A stretch of DNA of 64,000 nt from the human T2T-CHM13v2.0 reference genome, Homo sapiens, in NCBI RefSeq assembly GCF_009914755.1, contig NC_060944.1; one strand, written 5' to 3'. Numbering within the stretch: position 1 is the first letter of the stretch; each line of letters begins with the position of its first letter. Below are positions 42,601-57,700 of this stretch, piece after piece. The translations under genes were made by a program, and so were the position numbers. Under the pieces are notes generated by a model that saw nothing but the letters and a program-made list of their open reading frames with translations, ran no database searches and had not been told where the DNA came from.

Positions 42601-45600
42601 TGGAATGTATTGCATTTGAATAGACTGGAATGAACCCGAGAGGAATGGAATGGAATGGAATGGAATGGAATGGAATGGAATGGAAGGGAATGGAGTGGAA
42701 TGGAATGGGATGGAATGGAATGAACCATAGTGGAATGGAATGGAATGGAATGGAATGGAATGGAATGGAATGGAACGGAATCAAGCCGAGTGGAATGAAA
42801 TGGAATGGAACAGAATCAACCTGAGTGGAATGGAATGGAATGCAATGAAGTGGTATGAAATGTTTAGAATGGAATGGAATGGACTCAAAACGAGTGGAAT
42901 GGAATGGAATGGAAATGAATGGAATGGAGTGGAATGGAAACAACCCGAGTGGAATGGAATGGAATGCAATAGAATGGTATGGAATGGAATGGAATGGAAT
43001 AGAATGGAATCAAAACGAGTGGAATGGAATGGAATGGAATGGAATGGAATGGAATGGAATGCAATGGCATGGAATGGAATGGAATGAAATGGAATGGAAT
43101 GGCATGGAATGGAATGGAATGGAATGGAATGGAATGGAATTGAATGGAATGGATTGGAATGTGTTGGAATGGAATCGAATGGAATCAACTGGAATGGAAG
43201 GGAATGGAATGGAATGGAATCAGTTAGATTGGAATGGCATGGAATGGAATGGAATGCAATGGAATGTAATGGAATGGAATCAACCCGTGTGGAATGTAAT
43301 GCAAAGGAATGGTATGGAATGGAATCAACCAAAGTGGAATGGAACGGAATGGAATAGAATGGAAGGGAATGGAATGGAATCCAATGGAGTCAACCCAAAT
43401 GGAATCGAATGGAATCGAATGCAATGGAATGGAAAGAAATGGAATCGAATGGAATGGAATGAAATGGAATGGAATGGAATGGAATGAGATGGGATGCAAT
43501 GGAATTAAAACGAGTGGAGTGGAATGGAATGGAATGGAATGGAATGGAATGGAATGGAATGGAATGGAATAAATTAGAATGGAATGGAAAGCAATGCCAT
43601 GGAACGGAATCAACCCCTGTGGAGTGGAATGGAATGGAATGGCATGGAAAGCAATTGAATGGAATGGAATCAACCAGAGTGCAATGGAGTGGAATGGAAT
43701 GGAATGGAATGGAATCAACCCGAGTGAAATGGAATGGAAAGTTACGGAATGGAATGGAATGGAATGGAATGGAATGGAATGGAATGGAATGGAATGCAAT
43801 GGAATGGAATTAACCCGAGTAGAATGGCATGGAATGGAATGGAATGGAATGCATTTCAATGGAATGGAATGGAATGGAATGTAGTCAACGCGAGTGGAAT
43901 GGATTGGAATGGAATGGAAGGGAATGGAATGGAATGGAATCAACCCGAGTGGAATGGATGGGAGTGGAATGGAATGGAATGGCTAGGAACGGAATGGATT
44001 GGAGTGGAATGGAATGGAGTGGAATAGAATGGAATTCAATGGATAGGTATGGAAGGGAATCGAGTGGAATGGAATGGCATGGAAGAGAATGGAAGGAATG
44101 GAAAGGAATCAAGCCGAGTGGAATCGAAAGGAATGGAATGGAATTGAATGGAATGGATTGGAATTGACAAAACCCGATTGGAATGCAATGGAATGGAACG
44201 GAATGAAATGAAATGGAAAGGAATGGAACGGAATCAAAGCGATGGGAAAGGAATGCAAAGGAATGAAATGGAATGGAATCCACCCGAGTGAAATGGAATG
44301 GAATGGAATGGAGTGGAATCAACCCAAGTGGAATGGAATCGAATTGAATGGAATGGATTGGAATGGAATGGAATGGAATGGAATGGAATGGAATGGAATG
44401 GAATTACCCAGAGTGAAATGGCATGGAAAGGAACGGAATAGAATTTAATGGAATAGAATGGAATGGAATGGAATCAACCCGAGTGGAATTGAATGGAATG
44501 AAATGGAATGCAATGTAATGGAATGGAACCAATAAGAGTGGAATGGATTGGAATGGAATGGAATGGAATGAAAGGGAATGGATAAAACGTGAATGGAATG
44601 GAATGGAATGGAATGGAATGGAATGGAAAAGAATGGAATGGAATGGAATACACCAGAGTGGAATGGAATAGAATGGAATGGAATGGAGTGGAATTAACCC
44701 CAGTGGAATGGAATGGAATGGAATGGAATGGAATGGAATGGAATGGATTGGAATCAAACCGAGTGGAATGGAATGGAATGCAATGGAATGGAATGGGATG
44801 GAATGGAATCAAACCGAGTGGAGTGGAATGGAATTGAATGGAATAAATTGGAATGGAAAGGAATGGAATGGAATGAAATGGAAAGGAATGGAATAGAATC
44901 AACCACAGTGGAATGGAATGGAATGGAATGGAATGGAATGGAATGGAATGGAATGGAATCAACCCGAGTGGAATGGAATTTAATTAAATGGAATGGAATG
45001 GAATGAACCCGAGTGGAATGGAATGGAATGGAATTGAATGGAATTAACCCGAGTGAAACGGAATGGAAAGGAACGGAATGGAATTTAATGGAATGGAATG
45101 GAATGGAATGGAATGGAATGGAATCAACTTGAGTGGAATGGAATGAAATGGAATGGAATGGAAAGCAATGGAATTGAATGGAATCAACCAGAGTTGAATG
45201 GAATTGAATGGAATGGAATGGAAGGGAATCAACCAAATGGAATGGAATGGAATTGAAACAAACCGAGTGAAATGGAATGGAAAGCTACGGAATGGAATGA
45301 TTTGGAATCAAACCGAGTGGAATGGAATGGAATGGAATGGAATGGAACGGAATGAAATCAACCTGAGTGGAATGGAATGGAATGGAATGGAATGGAATGG
45401 AATGGAATGGAATGGAATGGGATGGAATAGAATGGAATGGAGTGGATTAGAATCAATCTGAATGGAATGGAAAGGAATGGAAAGGAATGCAATTGAATGG
45501 AATGGAATGGAATGGAATGGAATTGAATAGAATCAACCAGAGTGGAATGGAGTGGAATGGAACGGAATGGAATGGAATGCAATGGAATAAATCCGAGTAG

Positions 45601-48600
45601 AATGCAATGGAAAGGAATGGAACCAAATGGAATGGAATGGCATTGAATGGGATCAACACGAGTGGAATGGAATGGAATGGAATGGATTGGAATTGAATGG
45701 AATTCACCAGAGTGGAATATAATGGAAAAGAATGGAATGTAGTGGAATCAACCCGAGTGGAATGGAATCGTATAGATTGAAATGGAATGGAATGGAATGG
45801 TATGGAATGGAATGGAATGGAATGGAATGGAAAGGAAAGGAATTCAATGGAATCAAAACGAGTGGAATGGAATGGAATGGAAAGGAATGGAATGGAATTC
45901 AATAGAATCAACCAGAGTGGAATGGAATGGAAAGGAACTGAATGGAATGGAATTGAATGGAATGGAATCCAATCCAGTGTAAGGAAATGGAATTGAATGG
46001 AATGGAATGGAATGGAATGGAATGGACTGGACTGTAATAAATTCGAGTGGAAAGGAATGGAATGCAATTTAATATAATGGAAATCAATGGAATCCACCCG
46101 AATGGAATGGAAAGGAATGGAATGGAATGGAATGGAATGGAATGGAATGGAATGTATTGGAATGGAATCAACTCGAGTGGAATGGAAAGGAATGGAATGG
46201 AATGAAATGGAATGGAATGGAATGGAATGGAATGGAATGGAATAGAATGGAAATGAATGGAATCAACCCGAGTTTAATGGAATGGAATGGAATGCAATGG
46301 AATGGAATGGAATCAACATGAGTGGAATGCAATAGAATGGAATGGAATGGAATGGAATGAAATGGATTGGAATCAACCCACGTGGAATGTAGTGGATTCA
46401 AATGGAATGGAATCAACACGAGAGGAATGAAATGGAATGGAATGGAATGGAAAGGAATGGAATGGAGTGGAATGGAATGGGATGGAATGGAATGGAATGG
46501 AATGGGATGGGATAGAATGGAATGGAATGGAATGGAATGGAATGGAATGGAATGGAATGGAATCAACCCTAGTGGAATGGAATGGAATGTAATGGAATGG
46601 AATGGAATCAACCTGAGTGGAATTGAATTGAATGCAATGAAATGGTATGGAATGATTGGAATGGAATGGAATGGACTCAAAACGAGTGGAATGGAATGGA
46701 ATGCAATGGAATGGCATGGAATGGAATGGAATGGAATGGAATGGAATGGAATGGAATAGAATGGAATGAAAGCGAGTGTAATGGAATGGATTCGAATGGA
46801 ATGGTATAGATTGGAATCAAAGAGAGTGGAATGGAATGCAATGAAATGGAATCGAATGGAATGGGATGGAATGCAATGTCATGGAATGGAGTGGAATGGA
46901 ATGGAATGGAATGGAATGGAATGGAATGGAATGGAATAGAGTGCAACGGAATGGAATGGCATGGAATTGAATGGAATGGATTAGAATGCGTTGGAATGGA
47001 GTAGAATGGAATCAAATGGGATGAAAGGGAATGGAATCGAATGGAATTAAATAGATTACAATGCAATGGAATGGAATGGAAAGCAATGGAATGGAATGGA
47101 ATGGAATCAACACGTGTGGAATGTAACGCAAACGAATGGAATGGAATGCAATGGAATCAACAAAAGTGGAATGGAAGGGAATGGAATAGAATGGAATGGA
47201 ATGGAATGGAATGCAATGAAGCCAACCCAAGTGGAATAGAATGGAATGGAATTCGACGGAGTGGAATGAAAGGGAATGGAATGGAATGGGATGGAATGGA
47301 ATTAAACCCAACGGAGTGAATTGGAATTGAATGGAATGAAATGGACAGGAATGCAATGGAATGGAATCAACCCGTGTCGAATGCAATGGAATGGAATGGA
47401 ATGGAATGGAATGGAATGGAATGGAATGGAATGGGAAGCAATGGAATGGAATGGAATCAACCAGAGTGGAATGCAACGGAATGGAATGGAATGGAATGGA
47501 ATGGAATGGAATGGAATCAACCAGAGTGGAATGGAATGGAATGGCATGGAATGGGATCAACCGGAGTGAAATGGAATGGAAAGTTACGGAATGGAATGGA
47601 ATGGGATCAACCGGAGGGAAATGGAATGGAAAGTTACGGAATGGAATGGAATGGAATGGAATGGAATCAACACGAGTGAAATGGAATTGAAAGAACGGAA
47701 TGGAATTTAATGTAATGGAATGGAATGGAATGGAATCACCCCGAGTGGAATGGAATGGAATGGAATGGAATGGAATGGAATGGAACCAATAAGAGTGGAA
47801 TGATTTAGAATGGAATGGAATGGAATGAAACGGAATGGAATCAACCCGAGTGGAATGGAATGGAATGATATTGAATGGAATGGAATGGAATGGAATCCAC
47901 CAGAGTGCAATGGAATAGAATGGAATGGAATGGAGTGGAATTAACCCAAGTGGAATGAAATGGAATCGAATGGAATGAAGTGGAATGGAATGGAATGGAA
48001 TGGATTGGAATCAAACTGAGTGAAATGGAATGGAAAGGAATGGGATGGAATAGAATGGAATGGAGGGGATTGGAATCAATATGAGTGGAATGGAAACGAA
48101 TGGAATGGAATGGAAAGGAATGGATTGGAATGGAATGGAATGGAACAGAATCAACCAGAGTGGAATTGAGTTTAATGGACCGGAATGGAATGGAACGGAA
48201 TGGAATAAACCCGAGTAGAATGCAAAGGAAGGGAATGGAATCGAATGGAATGGAATGGCGTTGAATGGAATCAACACAAGTGGAATGGAATGGAATGGAA
48301 TGGATTGCAATGGAATGGAATCAACCCGAGTGGAATGTAATGTAATGGAATGGAATGGAATAGAATCAACCCAAGTAGAATGGAATGGTAAGGAATGAAA
48401 TGGAATTGAATGGAATGGAATGGTATGGAATGGAATGGAATGCAATGCAATGGAAAGGAATGCAATGGAATCAAAACGAGTGGAATGGAATGGAATGGAA
48501 AGGAATGGAATGGAATTCAATAGAATCAACGCGAGTGGAATGGAATGCAAAGGAATGGAATGGAATGGAATGGAATGGAATGGAATGGAATGGAATGAAA

Positions 48601-48791
48601 TGGATTGGAATCAACCCGCATGGAATGTAGTGGATTCGAATGGAATGGAATCAACCCGATAGGAATGGAATGAAATGGAATGGAATGAAATGGAATGGAA
48701 TGCAATGGAATTGAATGGAAAGGAATGGAGTCAAACTTACTGGAATGGAAGAGAATGGAATGGAAAGGAATGGAATGGAGTGGAATGCAAT
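24404..48791 (+). repeat. ~24.4 kb higher-order repeat unit, copy 2 (24,388 bp)
   Basis: Same order of rare variant k-mers as copy 1. Near-identical ORF translations recur at an offset of ~24.4 kb (e.g. 3382..4032, 27790..28440 and 52148..52798). Confidence 0.95.
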
Positions 48792-51700
48792 GGAATCAAC
48801 CCGACTGGACTGGAATGGAATGGAAGGTAATGGAATGAAATGGAGTCAAACCGACTGGAATGGAATGGAATGGAATGCAATGGAATCAACTCGAATGGAA
48901 TGGAATGGAATGGAATGGAATGGAATGGAATGGAATGAAATGGATTGGAATGGAATGGAATGGATTCAGTGTGAGAGGAATGGAATGGAAGGGAGTGGAA
49001 TGGAATAGAACGAAATGGAATAGAATGGTTTGGAATGCAATGGAATGGATTGAAATGGAATGGAAAGGAATAAAATCAAGTGAAATTGGATGGAATGGAT
49101 TGGAAAGGAATGGAATGGAATGGAATGGAATGGAATGGAATGGAATCCACCCAAGTGCAATGGAATGGATTTGAATGGATTGGAATGGAATGGAATGGAA
49201 TGGAATGGACTTCACACGAGTGCAATGGAATGGAATGGAATGGAACCAACCAGAGTGGAATGGAATGGAATGGAAACTAATGGAATGGAATGGAATGGAA
49301 TCACAGCGAGTGGAATGGAATGGAATGCAATGAAATGGTTTGGAATGGTGTGGAATGGAATGGAATGGAATGCAATGGAATGGAATCAAAGCGAGTGGAA
49401 TGGAATGGAATGAAATGGAATGGAATGGAATCAACACGAGTGGAATGGAAGGGAATGGAATGGGATGGGATGGAATGGAATGGAATGCAATGCAATGGAA
49501 TCAACCCGAGTAGAATGGAAAGGAATGGAATGGAAGGGAATGGAATGGAATGGAATGGAATGGAATAGAATGGAATGGAATGCAATGGAATCCAAGCGAT
49601 TAGAATGGAAAGGAATGGCATGGAATGGAATGGAATGGAATGGAATGGAATGGAATGGAATGGAATACAAGGGAATGGAATGGAATGGAGTCAACTGGAA
49701 TGGAATGGAATGGAACCAACACGAGTGGAATGAAATGGAAAGGAGCGGAATGGACAGGAAAAGAATGGAAAGGAACTGAATGTAATGGAATCGAATGGAG
49801 TGGAATTGAATGGAATGAAATGGAATCAATGTGAGTGAAATGGAATGGTATGGAACGGAATGGATGGGAATGGAATGGAATGGAATGGAATGGAATGCAA
49901 TGGAATCAATGAGAGTGCAAAGGAATGGAATGGAATGGGGCAAATAAAATGGAATTTATTTGAATGGAATGGAATCAACTGGAATTGAATGGAATGGAAT
50001 GGAATGGAATGGAATGGAATGGAATGGAATAGAAAGCCATGGAATGGAATGGAATGGAATGCCATGGAATGGAATGGAATGGAATTAACAAGAATGGAAA
50101 GGAATGGAATGGAATGGAATGGAATGGAATGGAATGGAATGGAGAGGAGGCAAACCGAGTGGAATGGAATGGATTGCAATGGAATGGAAAGGAATGGAAT
50201 GGAATGGAATGGAATGCAACGGAATGGAGTGGAATGGAATGGAATGCAATGCAATGGAAAGGAATGCAATGGAATCAAAACGAGTGGAATGGAATGGAAT
50301 GGAAAGGAATGGAATGGAATTCAATAGAATCAACGCGAGTGGAATGGAATGCAAAGGAATGGAATGGAATGGAATGGAATGGAATGGAATGGAATGGAAT
50401 GGAATGGAATGAAATGGATTGGAATCAACCCGCATGGAATGTAGTGGATTCGAATGGAATGGAATCAACCCGATAGGAATGGAATGAAATAGAATGGAAT
50501 GAAATGGAATGGAATGCAATGGAATTGAATGGAAAGGAATGGAGTCAAACTTAATGGAATGGAAGAGAATGGAATGGAAAGGAATGGAATGGAGTGGAAT
50601 GCAATGGAATCAACCCGACTGGACTGGAATGGAATGGAAGGTAATGGAATGAAATGGAGTCAAACCGACTGGAATGGAATGGAATGGAATGGAATGGAAT
50701 GGATTGGAATGGAATGGAATGGATTCAGTGTGAGAGGAATGGAATGGAAGGGAGTGGAATGGAATAGAACGAAATGGAATTGAATGGAATGGAATGTAAT
50801 GGAATGGATTGAAATGGAATGGAAAGGAATAAAGTCAAGTGAAATTGGATGAAATGGATTGGAATGGAATGGAATGGAATGGAATGGAATGGAATGGAAT
50901 CCACCCAAGTGCAATGGAATGGATTTGAATGGATTGGAATGGAATGGAATGGAATGGAATGGAATGGAATGGACTTCACACGAGTGCAATGGAATGGAAT
51001 GGAATGGAACCAACCAGAGTGGAATGGAATGGAATGGAAATTAATGGAATGGAATGGAATGGAATCAACCCGAGTGGAATGGAATGGAATGCAATGAAAT
51101 GGTTTGGAATGGTGTGGAATGGAATGGAATGGAATGCAATAGAATGGAATCAAAGCGAGTGGAATGGAATGGAATGAAATGGAATGGAATGGAATCAACA
51201 AGAGTGGAATGGAAGGGAATGGAATGGGATGGGATGGAATGGAATGGAATGCAATGCAATGGAATCAACCCGAGTAGAATGGAAAGGAATGTAATGGAAG
51301 GGAATGGAATGGAATGGAGTGGAATGGAATGGAATGGATTGGAATGGAATGCAATGGAATCCAAGCGATTAGAATGGAAAGGAATGGCATGGAATGGAAT
51401 GGAATGGAATGGAATGGAATGGAATGGAATGGAATACAAGGGAATGGAATGGAATGGAGTCAACTGGAATGGAATGGAATGGAACCAACACGAGTGGAAT
51501 GAAATGGAAAGGAGCGGAATGGACAGGAAAGGAATGGAAAGGAACTGAATGTAATGGAATCGAATGGAGTGGAATTGAATGGAATGAAATGGAATCAATG
51601 TGAGTGAAATGGAATGGTATGGAACGGATTGGATGGGAATGGAATGGAATGGAATGGAATGGAATGCAATGGAATCAATGAGAGTGTAAAGAAATGGAAT

Positions 51701-54700
51701 GGAATGGAGCAAATAAAATGGAATTTATTTGAATGGAATGGAATCAACTGGAATGGAATGGAATGGAATGGAATGGAATGGAATAGAATGCCATGGAATG
51801 GAATGGAATGGAATGCCATGGAATGGAATGGAATGGAATGCCATGGAATGGAATGGAATGGAATTAACAAGAATGGAAAGGAATGGAATGGAATGGAATG
51901 GAATGGAATGGAGAGGAGGCAAACCGAGTGGAATGGAATGGATTGCAATGGAATGGAAAGGAATGGAATGGAATGGAATGGAATGCAACGGAATGGAGTG
52001 GAATGGAATGGAATGGAATGGAATGGAATGGAATGGAATCAATTATATTAGAATGGAATGGAATGAAATGGAATGCAATGGAATGGAAAGGAATGCAATC
52101 AACACGTGGTAATGGAATGCAAAGGAATGGAATAGAACGGAATGGAATCAACAAAAGTGGAATGGAAGGGAATGGAATAGAATGGAATGGAATGGAATGG
52201 ATTGGAATGCAATGGAGTCAACCCAAATGGAATCGAATGGAATGGAATGAAATGGAAGGGAACGAAATGGAATGGAATGGCATGGAATGGAATGGGATGG
52301 AATGGAATTAAAGCGAGTGGAGTGGAATGGATTTGAATGGAATGGAATGGAATAAATTGCAATGGAATGGAATGGAATGCAATGGAATGGAATCAACCCG
52401 TCTGAAATGGAATGGAATGGAAAGGAATGGAAAGAAAGGCAATGGAATGGAATCAACTGGAATGGAATGGAATGGATTGGAATCAAACCGAGTGGAATGG
52501 AATGGAATGGCATGAAATGGAATGGAATGGAATGGAATGAAATCAACCTGAGTGGAATGGAATGGAATGGAATGGCATGGAATAGAATGGAATGGAGTGG
52601 ATGAGAATCAATCTGAGTGGAATGCAAAGGAATGGAATTGAATGCAATGGAATGCAATGGAATGGAATAGAATGAACCAGAGTGGAATTGAGTGGAATTG
52701 ACCAGAATGGAATGGAATGGAATGTAATGGAACGGAATGGAATAAACCCGATTCGAATGCAATCGAATGGAATGGAATCGAATGGAATGCAATGGCATTG
52801 AATGGCATCAACAAGAGTGGAATGCAATGGAATGGAATGGATTGGAATGGAATGGAATCCACACGAGAGGAATGTAATGGAAAGGAATGGAAAGGAGTGG
52901 AATCAACCCGAGTCGAAAGGAATGCTATGGAATGAAATGGAATGGAATGGAATGGAATGGTACGGAATGGAATGGAATGGAATGGAAAGGAAAGGAATGC
53001 AGTTGAATCAAAACGAGTGGAATGGAATGGAATGGAAAGGAATGGAATGGAATTCAATAGAATCAACCCGAGTGGAATGGAAAGGAAAGGAATTTAATGG
53101 AATGGAAAGGAATGGAATGGAATACAATCCAGTGTACAGGAATGGAATGGAATGGAATGGAATGGAATAGAATGGAATAAATTCGAGTGGAATGGAATGG
53201 AATGCAATGTAATATGATGGAAAGGAATAGAATCCACCTGAATGGAATGGAATGGAATGGAATGGAATGGAATGGAATGGATTGGAATGGAATCAACGCG
53301 AGTGGAATGGAAAGGAATAGAATGGAATGGAATTAAATGGAATTGAATGGAAAGGAATGGAATGGAATGGAATGGAACGGAATCGAATGGAATGGAATGG
53401 AATGGAAAGGAATGGAATCAACCCGAGTGGAATGGAATGGAATGGAATGCAATGTAAAGGAATGGAATAAACCCAAGTGGAATGCAATGGAATGGAATGG
53501 AATGGAATGGAATGGAATGGATTGGAATCAACAATGCGTGGAATGTATTGCATTTGAATAGAATGGAATGAACCTGAGAGGAATGGAATGGAATGCAATG
53601 GAATGGAATGGAATGGAATGGAATGGAATGGAATGGAATGGAAGGGAATGGAGTGGAATGGAATGGGATGGAATGGAATGAACCCTAGTGGAATGGAATG
53701 GAATGGAATGGAATGGAAGGGAAGGGAATCGAATGGAATGGAACGGAATCAAGCCGAGTGGAATGGAATGGAATGGAATAGAATCAACCTGAGTGGAATG
53801 GAATGGAATGCAATGAAGTGGTATGAAATGTTTGGAATGGAATGGAATGGACTCAAAACGAGTGGAATGGAATGGAATGGAAATGAATGGAATGGAATGG
53901 AATGGAAACAACCCGAGTGGAATGGAATGGAATGCAATAGAATGGTATGGAATGGAACGGAATAGAATGGAATAGAATGGAATCAAAACGAGTGTAATGG
54001 AATGGAATGGAATGGAATGGATTGGAAACAAACCGAGTGGAATGGAATGCAATGGAATGGAATGGAATGGAATGCAATGGCATGGAATGGAATGGAATGA
54101 AATGGAATGGAATGGCATGGAATGGAATGGAATGGAATGGAATGGAATGGAATGGAATGGAATGGATTGGAATGCGTTGGAATGGAATCGAATGGAATCA
54201 ACTGGAATGGAAGGGAATGGAATGGAATGGAATCAGTTAGATTGGAATGGCATGGAATGGAATGGAATGCAATGCAATGTAATGGAATGGAATCAACCCG
54301 TGTGGAATGTAGTGCAAAGGAATGGAATGGAATGGAATCAACCAAAGTGGAATGGAACGGAATGGAATAGAATGGAAGGGAATGGAATGGAATGCAATGG
54401 AGTCAACCCAAATGGAATCGAATGGAATGAAATGCAATGGAATGGAATGAAATGGAATCGAATGGAATGGAATGAAATGGAATGGAATGCAATGGAATGA
54501 AATGAGTTAGGATGGAATGGAATTAAAACGAGTGGAGTGGAATGGAATGGAATGGAATGGAATGGAATAAATTAGAATGGAATGGAAAGCAATACCATGG
54601 AACGGAATCAACCCCTGTGGAATGGAATAGAATGGAATGGAATGGAATGGAATGGAATGGAATGGCATGGAAAGCAATTGAATGGAATGGAATCAACCAG

Positions 54701-57700
54701 AGTGCAATGGAGTGGAATGGAATGGAATGGAATGGAATCAACCCGAGTGAAATGGAATGGAAAGTTACGGAATGGAATGGAATGGAATGGAATAGAATGG
54801 AATGCAATGTTATGGAATTAACCCGAGTAGAATGGCATGGAATGGAATGGAATGGAATGGAATGCAATGGAATGGAATGGAATGGAATGGAATGCATTTC
54901 AATGGAATGGAATGGAATGGAATGGAATGTAGTCAACGCGAGTGGAATGGATTGGAATGGAATGGAAGGGAATGGAATGGAATGGAATCATCCCGAGTGG
55001 AATGGATTGGAGTGGAATGGAATGGAATGGCTAGGAACGGAATGGAATGGAGTGGAATGGAATGGAGTGGAATAGAATGGAATTCAATGGATAGGTATGG
55101 AAGGGAATCAAGTGGAATGGAATGGCATGGAAGAGAATGGAAGGAATGGAAAGGAATCAAGCCGAGTGGAATCGAAAGGAATGGAATGGAATTGAATGGA
55201 ATGGAACGGAATTGACAAAACCCGATTGGAATGCAATGGAATGGAACGGAATGAAATGGAATGGAAAGGAATGGAATGGAATCCAAGCGATGGGAAAGGA
55301 ATGCAATGGAATGAAATGGAATGGAATCCACCCGAGTGAAATGGAATGGAATGGAATGGAGTGGAATCAACCCAAGTGGAATGGAATCAAATTGAATGGA
55401 ATGGATTGGAATGGAATGGAATGGAATTACCCCGAGTGAAATGGCATGGAAAGGAACGGAATAGAATTTAATGGAATAGAATGGAATGGAATGGAATCAA
55501 CCCGAGTGGAATTGAATGGAATGAAATGGAATGCAATGTAATGGAATGGAACCAATAAGAGTGGAATGGATTGGAATGGAATGGAATGGAATGAAAGGGA
55601 ATGGAAAAAACCTGAGTGGAATGGAATGGAATGGAATGAAATGGAATGGAATGGAATGGAATGGAAAAGAATGGAATGGAATAGAATACACCAGAGTGGA
55701 ATGGAATAGAATGGAATGGAATGGACTGGAATCAACCCCAGTGGAATGGAATGGAATGGAATGGAATGGAATGGAATGGAATGGAATGGATTGGAATCAA
55801 ACCGAGTGGAATGGAATGGAATGCAATGGAATGGAATGGAATGGAATGGAATGGGATGGAATGGAATCAAACCGAGTGGAGTGGAATGGAATTGAATGGA
55901 ATAGAATGGAGTAAATTGGAATGGAAAGGAATGGAATGGAATGAAATGGAATGGAATGGAATAGAATCAACCACAATGGAATGGAATTGAATGGAATGGA
56001 ATGGAATGGAATGGAATGGAATGGAATGGAATGGAATCAACCCCAGTGGAATGGAATTTAATTGAATGGAATGGAATGGAATGAACCCGAGTGGAATGGA
56101 ATGGAATGGAATTGAATGGAATTAACCCCAGTGAAATGGAATGGAAAGGAACGGAATGGAATTTAAAGGAATGGAATGGAATGCAATGGAATGGAATCAA
56201 CTTGAGTGGAATGGAATGAAATGGAATGCAATGGAAAGCAATGGAATTGAATGGAATCAACCAGAGTTGAATGGAATTGAATGGAATGGAATGGAAGGTA
56301 ATCAACCCAAATGGAATGGAATGGAATTGAATTGAATGCAATTACCCCGAGTGAAATGGCATGGAAAGGAAAGGAATAGAATTTAATGGAATGGAATGCA
56401 ATGGAATGGAATCAACCCGAGTGGAATGGAATGGAATGGAGTGGAATGGAATGCAACGGAATGGAACCAATAAGAGTGGAATGGATTGGAAAGGAATAGA
56501 ATGGAATGAAAGGGAATGGAATCAACCCGAGTGGAATGGAATGGAATGGATTGGAGTGGAATGGAATACACCAGAGTGGAATGGAATAGAATGGAATGAA
56601 ATGGTGTGGAATCAACCCCAGTGGAATGCAATGGAATGGAATGGAATGAAATGGAATGGAATGGAATCGAATGGATTGGAATCAAACGGAGAGAATGGAA
56701 TGGAATGGAATGGAATGGAATGGAATGGAATGGAATAGAATGGAATGGAATGGAAAGGAATGGAATGGAATGAAATCAACCCGAGTGCAATGGAATGGAA
56801 TAGAATGGGATGGATCTGAATAGAATGGATTGGATTGGAATCAATCTGAGTGGAATGGAATGGAATGGAATTGAAGAGAATGAAATGGAATGGAATAGAA
56901 TGGAATGGAATGGAATGGAATGGAAAGGAATGCAAGGACATGGAATGGAATGGAGTCAACTGGAATGGAATGGAATAGAATGGATTAGAATGGAATCAAC
57001 ACTAGTGGAATGAAATGGAAAGGAAAGTAATGGAAAGGAATGGAATGGAAAGGAACTGAATGTAATGTAATAGAATGGAGTGGAATGGAATCAATGTGAG
57101 TGTAAAGGAATAGAATGGAACGGAATGGAATGGAATGGAATGGAATGGAATGGAATGGAATCAACGCGATTGTAATGGAATGGAAAGGAATGGAGTAAAT
57201 AGAATGGAATTGATTTGAATAGAATGGAATCAACTGGAATGGAATGAAATGGAATGGAATCGAATGCCATGGAATGGAATGCAATGGAATCAACAAGAAT
57301 GGAAAGGAATGGAATCGAATGGAATGGAATGCAGTTAAGGCAAACCGAGTGGAATGGAATGGAATGGAATGGAATCGAATGGAATGGAATCAACCCGAGT
57401 GGAATGGAATGGAATGCAATGGAATGGAAGGGAATGAAATGGAATAGAATAGAAAGGAATGGAATGGAATGGAATGGAATGGAATGGAATGGAATGGAAT
57501 GGAATGGAAGTGAATAGAGTGGAATGGAATGGAATGGAATGGAATGGAGTGGAATGGAATGTAATCAATACAAGTGAAATTAAATGGAATAGAATGGAAT
57601 GGAATGGAGTGGAATGGAACGGAATTGATATGAATGGAATGGAATCTACCAGAGTTGAATGGAATGGAATGGAATGGAATGGAATGGAATGGAATGGAAT

